Shown in pieces: positions 19,519-29,047 of a stretch of 64,000 bases of DNA. Numbering within the stretch: position 1 is the stretch's first letter; each line of letters opens with the position of its first letter. Position numbers and translations under genes: made by a program. Where the stretch lies: NCBI GenBank assembly GCA_029240105.1, contig JARBTR010000004.1, forward strand, positions 78,620-142,619, given 5' to 3'. The DNA comes from Bacillales bacterium (GTDB taxonomy: Bacteria; Bacillota; Bacilli; JARBTR01). The notes under the pieces were generated by a model. That model did no database searches and was not told the origin of the DNA. It saw only the letters and a list, made by a program, of their open reading frames with translations.

Positions 19519-19547
19519 ATTATCATCCCTTAGAATTCGCTGTCTAA
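19519..19547 (-). promoter_or_regulatory. candidate sigma-A promoter reading into foldback element copy 1
   Basis: Minus strand reads TTAGAC (19547-19542), 17 nt, GATAAT (19524-19519). The -10 box ends 6 nt before the repeat boundary. Copy 2 has TATAAA at the equivalent place (32720-32715) but a poor -35. Confidence 0.3.
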
Positions 19548-19568
19548 TAATTATTATTTAAATTGATG

Positions 19569-20030
19569 CTATTTGAAATAATCCACAATTTGCATGGTCA
19601 AATAGGCAATTCCAGCACCGATAAGCGGGCCTACCGCTAACCCTTTAAACAGCGCTACAGCAATTATTGTTCCAAGAACAAGCGCCACTGTCATATCTGG
19701 ATTCACGGCCAAGAATTTAACACCACTCTTCCCGAGTAACGCGACTGCAATACCCGACAACATCCCTATCCAGGCATAAGGTGATTTCATTGAAATACCC
19801 AGGTGCTTAAAATTGATTTGACCTGTTGCAATTGGCATCAGAGCTGCAATTGTAATTATGGTAATTCCCCAATTAATGCCTTTCGACTGAATAGTATCCA
19901 AAATCTTTTGATCCACACGAACCCCTTTTAGAAAAATTAGAATCCCACTTGCGATCCAGAGAGATGGATTCTTCCCAAAAATCCCTATTAACAGCAGTAA
20001 TCCTAAAAATAAATACGGACTATTCCACAT
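19569..20030 (-). CDS. UPF0756/DUF441 membrane protein (YtwI-like)
   Basis: MWNSPYLFLGLLLLIGIFGK... with four TM segments. The internal ATG 20030 is preferred over the extended ORF-track start. Confidence 0.7.
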   Translation of the reverse strand: MWNSPYLFLGLLLLIGIFGKNPSLWIASGILIFLKGVRVDQKILDTIQSKGINWGITIITIAALMPIATGQINFKHLGISMKSPYAWIGMLSGIAVALLGKSGVKFLAVNPDMTVALVLGTIIAVALFKGLAVGPLIGAGIAYLTMQIVDYFK

Positions 20031-20179
20031 ACAAAAACCCCACAAAAACTTTTTTTTCAGAAATAACAATTCACTTATTATTAAATCACATGAATGGACG
20101 TAAAATTCGCCAAAATAATGATACAAACTACATTTTTTGCATTATAATGTTTAGAAACTATAGATAAAGAAGTGATTCA

Positions 20180-21289
20180 ATGAATCCTATTCAAGTACAA
20201 CGTTTAAAACGATTTAGTTTTATTTCCATTATTACCATTTTAGCCTTTTTAGCTTTTTATTTTTCATTAGATTATACATATCCGTTTGTCTTGGGTTACC
20301 TTTTCGCATTTTTTTTGAACCCTATGGTGAAGTTTTTTTCAAGAAAATTTAGATTTCCAAATATGCTTTCTGTCATTGTAGCAATGATTATTTTCTTTGG
20401 ATTTATTTTTGGCGTGATATCTCTGGTCATTTTCTTCACGATACTTGGCGCTAATCATTTACTAGATGTTCTTCCAGGCCACTTTCAAACGTTTGCACAC
20501 AATTTAAAAGAATTTGTTGATGGTACACTTTATCCAGCTATCGAAAACTTGAATAAATCATTCAAAAATATAAATCCTACTCCAGACAAAGCATTGTCGA
20601 CTTATTTCTCCTTTAACAGCTCTGATATTAGTCGAAGTGTTATATCTAATTTACAAACCATTTTAAAAAATTTGCCTGGTCTATTTCTGTGGATTCCAGA
20701 TGCAGCCTTAGGTATTTTATTTACGATGCTTGCTACATTTTTCATCTCGAATCAATGGGATAAACTTTTCAATACATGGAAAAGTATTGTTCCTGGAAAT
20801 TATTTTGAACCCATACGTATTGTTTTTATCGATATGAAAAAAGCCGCAACAGGATTTATACGCGCACAATTAATCATTGTATCATTAACAACAATAGTTT
20901 CAATAATAGGTTGTTTCATTATTGGTGTGAAAAATCCTGTTACTATGGGACTTATTGTAGGTACATGCGATTTCCTACCCTATATCGGTACGGCAATATG
21001 TTTTATTCCTTGGATTCTATTCTCATTTATTACAGGTAAAACACTTCTTGGAATAGGTCTACTCGGATTATTTGGTGTAATTCTTGTTCAAAGACAATTG
21101 CTGGAACCTAAAATCATTGCATCGAACATGGGCATAGACCCACTAGCAACTTTGATTGTTATGTTTGTGGGATTAAAGTTAATGGGTGTACTAGGGGTTT
21201 TATTTGGAGCAATCATACTTGTAGTGTTTACAACCTTAAAGGAAGCTGGGATCTTGAAAGAAATACAGGCTTACATTAAAGGCGACTAA
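20180..21289 (+). CDS. ytvI: AI-2E/PerM-family sporulation integral membrane protein
   Basis: 369 aa, polytopic. Position next to the ytwI-like gene matches Bacillus. Confidence 0.7.
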   Translation: MNPIQVQRLKRFSFISIITILAFLAFYFSLDYTYPFVLGYLFAFFLNPMVKFFSRKFRFPNMLSVIVAMIIFFGFIFGVISLVIFFTILGANHLLDVLPGHFQTFAHNLKEFVDGTLYPAIENLNKSFKNINPTPDKALSTYFSFNSSDISRSVISNLQTILKNLPGLFLWIPDAALGILFTMLATFFISNQWDKLFNTWKSIVPGNYFEPIRIVFIDMKKAATGFIRAQLIIVSLTTIVSIIGCFIIGVKNPVTMGLIVGTCDFLPYIGTAICFIPWILFSFITGKTLLGIGLLGLFGVILVQRQLLEPKIIASNMGIDPLATLIVMFVGLKLMGVLGVLFGAIILVVFTTLKEAGILKEIQAYIKGD

Positions 21290-21476
21290 ATTATACAAGT
21301 TACAATTAAATATAAGACTCTTTTTTCAACAAAGATGTTATTCAGAAAGCCCTATCACTTTCCATAACAGCAAAATAAAAGACTGATCTCTATATTGTGG
21401 TACACATTCATACAAACTAGGAAAATTAATGTCTGTATTACTGCGTGACTATCCAAATCGAGTCAGTCTTTTATTT

Positions 21477-22181
21477 TTAGGATGTTACAAAACCTTTTGA
21501 AACTCTTACAAGCATATCATCAATAGGAATTTCCATTGGACAAACATTGTAACATGCCATTGTTTGATCACATGAGCTAAAGAAATGCTCAATTGCATTT
21601 TTCTCAACTTCCTTACGATGTGAACCTTCTTTATTTTGGTTGATAATTTTACTTGCAGTAACAATCCCCACTGCACCCATGAACCCATTCTCTGTATTAA
21701 AATTTGGACAAGCTTCCAAACAACAGCCGCACATGATACAACGCGATGATAAATAATGACTAGAATAGTCATCATCATTTAAAACCGCATCGCCTTCAAT
21801 CCACATTTTCATTTCGTTCATACCTGTAAAAATGGATCTGCGGTCAACCCTCAAATCTCTCACTTTGGGAAATTTTCGAAGAGGTTCTACAATAATTTCG
21901 TTACTTTCACTTATTAAATCTTCTAAGAAGGAGTCGCAGGCTAATCTCGGCTTATGATTGATTACCATAGCACATGCACCACATTTCTTCTCTATACAAC
22001 TGCATTCCCAAGAAATTTTTGCCGCTTTTTTTCCTGATACATCAGTTAAGTTTTCACGTGAATTCAAGATATTTAACAGGTTTGCAACAGAAATATTATT
22101 ATTTCCTTCGTAAGCAAATGTTTGAAAATAAGGCTTTGCAGTAGGATTTTCTTGTCGTCTAAGTTTCAATAATATCTTCAT
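21477..22181 (-). CDS. succinate dehydrogenase/fumarate reductase-type iron-sulfur subunit
   Basis: Three Cys clusters: CSCIEKKCGACAMV...C, CIMCGCCLEACP and CDQTMACYNVCP. Confidence 0.8.
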   Translation of the reverse strand: MKILLKLRRQENPTAKPYFQTFAYEGNNNISVANLLNILNSRENLTDVSGKKAAKISWECSCIEKKCGACAMVINHKPRLACDSFLEDLISESNEIIVEPLRKFPKVRDLRVDRRSIFTGMNEMKMWIEGDAVLNDDDYSSHYLSSRCIMCGCCLEACPNFNTENGFMGAVGIVTASKIINQNKEGSHRKEVEKNAIEHFFSSCDQTMACYNVCPMEIPIDDMLVRVSKGFVTS

Positions 22182-22195
22182 AAAATTTTTCCTTC

Positions 22196-23863
22196 CTACT
22201 CAACATCAACAAACTGAATGGATATATTGTTATCTTTTAATTTAGCAAGTGTCATTTTTGCAAAAGCTTCATCATTTTGCTCAGGATAATCCTCACGCAT
22301 ATGCGAACCACGACTTTCTTTTCGCCCTAACGCACAAAGAAGTATTGCTTTACTAAGAACCCAGCGTTCTTTCACCTGCAGATTTTTAAAATAACTACTT
22401 GTTTGATCATAATTATCCTTAATTCTTTCATCATAAAGTTCATCCATACGTCTGATGCCCTCAAGTAGAGTTGTGGCATTCCGTTCAATACCTAAGCACT
22501 CATTCATGATTTTTTGTAAAGCCATTTGAGTAGCCGGAATAGAATACTGCTTCGGCTTTCCAACTACCATTTTTAGGTTTCGATCCAATCGACTTAACGC
22601 TTTTTTATTAAAAACTTTAAGTTCGTCTCTCGAATAAATCGTATGGTTATCTTGCATTGCAGTTTCTGCAGCTTCTAATCCACCGTATAGAGCCCCTAAA
22701 ACCGAATTTCCTCCAAGACGATTGGCGCCATGATATTGGCAAGCACATTCCCCAGCTGCATAGAGACCCTTTTTTGAGGTTCTGTGTTCAGAATCAACTT
22801 TTATACCACCCATAAAATAATGAATTCCTGGATAAACAGGTATAACATCCTTCATTGGGTCAAGTTTTAAATATTTCAAACAATCAGATCTTGTTTCAGC
22901 TAATTTCGTTTTGAATACTTTTTCATCAAAAAAGGTCATATCTAAATAAACATGTTTCTCACCTTCTGGTAACATCTTTAGCGCGCGATAAATGGATTTT
23001 GAACATTGGTCACGAGAAACTAAAGCACCCACACCAGGAAACCATTCCTCCATGAAATACCAACGTTCTCCATTTCTAATAGAAAAAAGACGTCCTCCTT
23101 CACTACGAGCCGCTTCAGAAACTAACAATCTCTTTCCACTTACATAAACCGTAGTTGGGTGATACTGCACAAACTCAAGGTTGGCCATCTCCACTCCATT
23201 GAAGAAAAGGTTAGCTGTAACTGCACCAGTGTTATTTACCGATCCTGTTGTATTTCCCATAATTCCATTAAATCCACCTGTTGCGATAATGACAGATTCA
23301 CCATTGAGAACTAAAAATTTACCTTCTAAATTATCTCTAATCACACATCCAACAACTACACCATTTGCATCTTCTACTATTCGCATATAGGTATGATTGG
23401 AATAACGAACTATTTTTCCTTGCACTTCGTATTTACGGACAACCTGGTTCAAACCAGTAATAATTTGTTTGCCAGTTCCACTTGATGAAAATGCAGTTCG
23501 TGCTTTCTTTTGTCCTCCAAATCTGCGAAGGTCAAGATTTCCATCTGCCATTCGGGTGAAAAGCACACCCTCCTTAATAAGTCTATCAACTATTCCAGGA
23601 GCAGAATGAACCATTTTTGATATTGCTTTCTCACTTGCAATACCTAGTGCGGAACGAACTGTATCTGCAATATGGTCTTCAAATGTATCATTTTCACCTT
23701 TTGTATTGAGAACTGCATTCATACCTCCCGCTGCCATAACAGATTGAGCTCTCTCGGAAGGCATCGGTGAAACAAGTGCTACCTGATACCCTTTTTCAGC
23801 TGCTTGTATTGAAGCACAAAGTCCGGCAAAACCTGCTCCAATGACAATCATATTTTGATTCAT
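22196..23863 (-). CDS. succinate dehydrogenase/fumarate reductase-type FAD flavoprotein subunit
   Basis: IVIGAGFAGL FAD fold, QYHPTT and RLGGNSVLG motifs. No membrane-anchor gene is adjacent. Confidence 0.8.
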   Translation of the reverse strand: MNQNMIVIGAGFAGLCASIQAAEKGYQVALVSPMPSERAQSVMAAGGMNAVLNTKGENDTFEDHIADTVRSALGIASEKAISKMVHSAPGIVDRLIKEGVLFTRMADGNLDLRRFGGQKKARTAFSSSGTGKQIITGLNQVVRKYEVQGKIVRYSNHTYMRIVEDANGVVVGCVIRDNLEGKFLVLNGESVIIATGGFNGIMGNTTGSVNNTGAVTANLFFNGVEMANLEFVQYHPTTVYVSGKRLLVSEAARSEGGRLFSIRNGERWYFMEEWFPGVGALVSRDQCSKSIYRALKMLPEGEKHVYLDMTFFDEKVFKTKLAETRSDCLKYLKLDPMKDVIPVYPGIHYFMGGIKVDSEHRTSKKGLYAAGECACQYHGANRLGGNSVLGALYGGLEAAETAMQDNHTIYSRDELKVFNKKALSRLDRNLKMVVGKPKQYSIPATQMALQKIMNECLGIERNATTLLEGIRRMDELYDERIKDNYDQTSSYFKNLQVKERWVLSKAILLCALGRKESRGSHMREDYPEQNDEAFAKMTLAKLKDNNISIQFVDVE

Positions 23864-23989
23864 TCTTCACACCTCAAATCTAAAAATGTATAAATATCCA
23901 TCACTCATTTTAACAATTAAAAAAGTCTAATATGTTGATTTCACTTTTATTTAACAGAACGTTTGATACACTGACTCTTTTTTGACACA

Positions 23990-24061
23990 AACAAAAAACA
24001 TACTAAGATTAGCGGTGTAGAACTATGACGATAGTTCTACACCGCTAATCTTAGTATGTTT
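23990..24061 (-). terminator. 31-bp perfect palindromic hairpin, probable terminator of fxsA
   Basis: 23996-24026 pairs perfectly with 24031-24061 across the loop gacg. On the minus strand a U-run follows (tttttt g). Confidence 0.6.
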
Positions 24062-24074
24062 CTATTAAAAATTT

Positions 24075-24473
24075 TTATCGATTTATAACTACAAATCTAC
24101 CTTTTGCTATCAATTTATTTAACCAATAAATAACAACGGGCTTCATAATTTTTCGTGTAATAGGGATTAAAAAAATAAAGGCTAGAAAATCAGAAAATAT
24201 CCCAGGAATCAAGAGTAATAATGCGCCTATCATTATACAAATCCCATCTAAGATTTCCGGCCCGGGCATTAGTCCATTACGCATTTGTTCTGAAGCACTC
24301 TTAAGTGTATTGATACCTTCCCTTTTAGCTAGAACTATACCGAGAAATCCAGCTAGTAATAGAACTAAAACAGTATTCATAACCCCTATACTTTTACCCA
24401 AAAAAAGTAAAAACAGTAATTCTATGACCGGTAAAAAAAGCACGAGCATTTTCCATATTTTCATCAGTGACAC
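24075..24473 (-). CDS. fxsA: FxsA-family membrane protein (YtzA-like)
   Basis: 132 aa, TM-rich N-terminal region, FxsA-like LAKREG...LLLLIPG pattern. Sits downstream of pyk as in Bacillus. Confidence 0.7.
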   Translation of the reverse strand: MSLMKIWKMLVLFLPVIELLFLLFLGKSIGVMNTVLVLLLAGFLGIVLAKREGINTLKSASEQMRNGLMPGPEILDGICIMIGALLLLIPGIFSDFLAFIFLIPITRKIMKPVVIYWLNKLIAKGRFVVINR

Positions 24474-24619
24474 TCCAATTTGAGAAACCTTTAGATTGAA
24501 TCTATACTATAGGTTAGTTTTAAAATTTTATTTCTTTAATTATAAAGCAATTCGTTTTCCATTACATACACTTTTCTATTTTTATCATTCTACTCCTATT
24601 TTCAAACATGTTATAAATT

Positions 24620-24646
24620 AAAAAACAGCTCTATTGCTAGAGCTGC
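24620..24646 (-). terminator. terminator of pyk
   Basis: cagctcta ttgc tagagctg (24626-24645), followed on the minus strand by T-run 24625-24620. Confidence 0.7.
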
Positions 24647-24670
24647 ATAAATTTTAATAACCGATGAATA

Positions 24671-26431
24671 TTAAATTACTCGTCCTGAGTTCTTAAAGAT
24701 TTTACCATTAATTGCGGATAACATAATTTCATCACCATCATCAAACAATTCCAATGCATTAGAAACTCCAACTACAACAGGTATTTCTAAGTTAATCCCA
24801 ACGATTGCTGTATGACCGGTTAATCCACCCTCTTCAGTAATAATTCCTGCACATTTTTTTATAGCAGGCATCATTTCAGCATCTGTTGAATAGGCAACCA
24901 AAATATTTCCTTCTTCTACCTTTTCAATTGCTTCTTTAGCAGAGCTAGCAACTACAACTATACCTGTAGCTGTTTTGCGTCCAATTCCCTGACCTTTCAC
25001 AACTTCTTGACCAACATAATGAATCTTCATCAGGTTCGTTGTACCTGGTTCATTCACAGGAACTCCTGCTGTTATTACAGTTAAGTCGCCAGGTTGAACA
25101 ATACCCTTATCTAAACAGATTTGAACAGCTCTATCAAGCATTTCATCGGTACTATTTGATCTCTCTGCAATAAATGGAGTAACTCCCCATACAAGAGAAA
25201 GACGGCGGCAAATTTGATCACTAGAAGTAATTGCAATTAGATTCGTTTCAGGTCTATATCGGGAAATCATTCGAGCTGTAGTACCACTCTCAGTAGGAGC
25301 TATGATTGCTTTGACTCCTAAGTTAAGAGCTGTATAAGCAACAGATTGACCAATAGCATCCGTTACATTATGTTCATGATCCTTTGTACGAGCATTTAAA
25401 ATTGCTTTATAATTTAAGGCTGTTTCAGCTTTCTCAGCAATATTCTGCATCGTTTGAACAGATTCAACAGGATATAGCCCAGCTGCTGATTCGCCTGAGA
25501 GCATAATGGCATCTGTTCCATCAAAAATTGCATTAGCAACATCACTTGCTTCTGCTCTTGTTGGACGCGGATTTCGCTGCATTGAATCTAACATTTGTGT
25601 CGCTGTAATAACAGGTTTTGCAAGCTGATTACACTTTTTAATGAGTAATTTTTGTACTAACGGTACATCTTCTGGTGGAATTTCAACTCCTAAATCGCCT
25701 CTAGCAACCATTAAACCATCTGCTACTTGAAGGATTTTGTCTATATTATCGACACCTTCTTGATTTTCGATTTTTGGAATTATCTGTATGAAGTCACCAC
25801 CATTTTGGTCTAGCAATTCACGAATTTCAAGTACATCTGAAGCTTTACGAGCAAAGGATGCAGCAATAAAGTCAACTTCCTCTTTAATACCAAAAAGAAT
25901 ATCTTCTTTATCTTTTTCTGTAATTCCAGGCAAATTAACGGATACATTGGGAACATTAACACCCTTTTTGTTTTTTAACATTCCAGAGTTAATAATGGTT
26001 GTTTTAATTTCACCAACTTCTTTGTTGATATCCGTAATCTTTAGCTCAATTAGACCATCATCAATAAGTATTTTTGAACCAATTTTTACATCATCAATTA
26101 GTTCTGGATACGTAATCGAGAACCGCTCCTCGTTACCCAAAACCTCATGCATCATAATGGAAATAGTATTTCCCCTTTTGAGTTCAAAACCACCATTTTC
26201 CATATTATGCGTACGAATCTCAGGTCCTTTCGTATCTAAAAGAATGGCAACGGGCTTACCCATTTCTTGACTTGCTTGACGAATTAATTTAATTCTTGCT
26301 CCATGCTCTTCATGGTTTCCATGCGAAAAATTCAAACGAGCAACATTCATTCCAGCTTGAATCATTTTCTTTAAAGTATCAAGTTGTTCACTTGAAGGGC
26401 CAATTGTACAAACAATTTTTGTTTTTCTCAT
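24671..26431 (-). CDS. pyk: pyruvate kinase with C-terminal PEP-utiliser mobile domain
   Basis: [14 protein letters not shown]... and a 586-aa Bacillus-type architecture. Confidence 0.95.
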   Translation of the reverse strand: MRKTKIVCTIGPSSEQLDTLKKMIQAGMNVARLNFSHGNHEEHGARIKLIRQASQEMGKPVAILLDTKGPEIRTHNMENGGFELKRGNTISIMMHEVLGNEERFSITYPELIDDVKIGSKILIDDGLIELKITDINKEVGEIKTTIINSGMLKNKKGVNVPNVSVNLPGITEKDKEDILFGIKEEVDFIAASFARKASDVLEIRELLDQNGGDFIQIIPKIENQEGVDNIDKILQVADGLMVARGDLGVEIPPEDVPLVQKLLIKKCNQLAKPVITATQMLDSMQRNPRPTRAEASDVANAIFDGTDAIMLSGESAAGLYPVESVQTMQNIAEKAETALNYKAILNARTKDHEHNVTDAIGQSVAYTALNLGVKAIIAPTESGTTARMISRYRPETNLIAITSSDQICRRLSLVWGVTPFIAERSNSTDEMLDRAVQICLDKGIVQPGDLTVITAGVPVNEPGTTNLMKIHYVGQEVVKGQGIGRKTATGIVVVASSAKEAIEKVEEGNILVAYSTDAEMMPAIKKCAGIITEEGGLTGHTAIVGINLEIPVVVGVSNALELFDDGDEIMLSAINGKIFKNSGRVI

Positions 26432-26496
26432 ATATAACCTCTATTTCAGGATGGTATTATACAGGTATAGCTACCCAACGAAGCTCGTTTTTTATT

Positions 26497-27420
<924 letters not shown>

Positions 27421-27690
27421 TTATATATCATTAATATCTCTAATTACACATTCATTTTAGTACTTTTCCCATAAAAAAAGCAATTAAATCACGACAAAAA
27501 AAAGACACATTTAGAAATAAAATATGTCTGATAAATACTTCTTATGAAATTTTCATTTTAAAAAATGCCTAAATATCAATATATTGCACATAAAAACCGG
27601 GACATTTTTTTAAAATCATAATAATTAAACGTCCCTATATTGCAGTTAATACGTGTTTGTCTGACCAAAAATTTCTATAAATTTATCTTT

Positions 27691-28920
27691 TTAAATTTTT
27701 TCAAAAGTCTTATTTTGCTTTTTTCTCAAATCTTTTTCGTCAATAATTATTTGAGCGACACCTGTATCAATTGCGGCTATTGCAACAGAATATGCAACCT
27801 CAGATGCGACACGAGGATCAAACGGTGCAGGAATTACATAATCAGAACGAAGTTCTTCTGCTGTTATTAAATTAGCAATTGCATGTACTGCTGCAATTTT
27901 CATTTCTTCGTTTATTTCTGATGCACGAACATCTAATGCTCCGCGGAAAATCCCAGGAAAGGCTAAAACATTGTTAACCTGATTTGCAAAATCAGAACGG
28001 CCCGTTCCCACTACAAGCGCTCCTGCTTGAATAGCTAAATCAGGCATAATTTCAGGAATAGGATTAGCCATTGCAAAAATAATTGGATTCTTAGACATCT
28101 TTTGAATATCTTCTACTTTCAGGGCTCCCGCAACAGAAACCCCAATAAATACATCGGCTCCCATTAAAACATCAGATAAGGAACCTTTTTCTAAGTTATG
28201 ATTCGTGGTTTTTGCTATTTTTTCTTTTATTGGGTTCATCCCTTCAGGGCGACCCTCATAAACAGCTCCCTTTGTATCAACCATAATAATATTTTTGGCA
28301 CCGAAACTTATTAATAAACGAATGATTGCAATACCCGCTGCACCAGCTCCACTAACTACAACCTTAATGTCTTCTACGTTTTTCTTTGCCAATTTTAGTG
28401 CATTTAATAATCCCGCCAAAGTAACGATTGCAGTCCCATGTTGATCATCATGGAAAACAGGAATATTCATTGAACTTTTTAATTTTTCTTCAATTTCAAA
28501 ACAATTTGGAGCAGATATATCTTCTAAATTTATTCCTCCAAATGTAGGTGCAAGTAATTGCACTGTTTCAATAATTTTTTCTGGATCGGTTGTATTAAGA
28601 CAAATCGGAAAAGCATCAACATTTGCGAACTTCTTAAATAAAACTGCTTTTCCTTCCATAACTGGTAAACCAGCTTCTGGACCAATATTCCCTAGCCCAA
28701 GAACAGCAGTTCCATCCGTTACAACTGCTATGGTATTACCTTTTATAGTGTAGTCATAAACCTTACTCTTATCTTTATGAATCTCTATGCAAGGTTCCGC
28801 TACACCTGGTGAATAAGCCAAACTTAAATCCTTGGCATTTTCAACAGGCACTTTTGATACAGTTTCTAATTTTCCTTTGTATTCAGAGTGCAACCTCAAT
28901 GCCTCTTCCCTTAGATTCAT
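27691..28920 (-). CDS. ytsJ: NAD(P)-dependent malic enzyme (short, YtsJ-type)
   Basis: About 410-aa malic enzyme: VVTDGTAVLGLGNIG and SGAGAAG Rossmann. Lies between dnaE and pfkA as in B. subtilis. Confidence 0.8.
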   Translation of the reverse strand: MNLREEALRLHSEYKGKLETVSKVPVENAKDLSLAYSPGVAEPCIEIHKDKSKVYDYTIKGNTIAVVTDGTAVLGLGNIGPEAGLPVMEGKAVLFKKFANVDAFPICLNTTDPEKIIETVQLLAPTFGGINLEDISAPNCFEIEEKLKSSMNIPVFHDDQHGTAIVTLAGLLNALKLAKKNVEDIKVVVSGAGAAGIAIIRLLISFGAKNIIMVDTKGAVYEGRPEGMNPIKEKIAKTTNHNLEKGSLSDVLMGADVFIGVSVAGALKVEDIQKMSKNPIIFAMANPIPEIMPDLAIQAGALVVGTGRSDFANQVNNVLAFPGIFRGALDVRASEINEEMKIAAVHAIANLITAEELRSDYVIPAPFDPRVASEVAYSVAIAAIDTGVAQIIIDEKDLRKKQNKTFEKI

Positions 28921-29047
28921 TTATTGTTACCCTCCAAGTTAAAATGTTTTTATAGTGTCTATTTGAACCAAATTCATAATTCAGAAGTGTCGTGCGACAT
29001 AGGTTCTATTCATTTGTTTAAAAATTAAAAACTATTGTTTCAATTTA

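Noticed and set aside
21373-21476. 12-bp inverted repeat ataaaagactga / tcagtcttttat, separated by about 66 nt, downstream of ytvI and the Fe-S subunit gene.
   Set aside because: It is probably just an oversized terminator region shared by the convergent genes. The stem is AT-rich, and no second copy or associated feature was seen.
25788-26270. Long antisense ORFs inside well-supported genes: 25788..26270 in pyk, 6697..7101 in the reductase, 13239..13580 and 14549..14983 in POR, 37580..37990 in ackA, 26747..27082 in pfkA, 44713..45051 in the DedA gene.
   Set aside because: These are shadow ORFs, on the opposite strand or in another frame of genes with clear family signatures. Their Ser/Pro/Ile-rich composition resembles no protein family.
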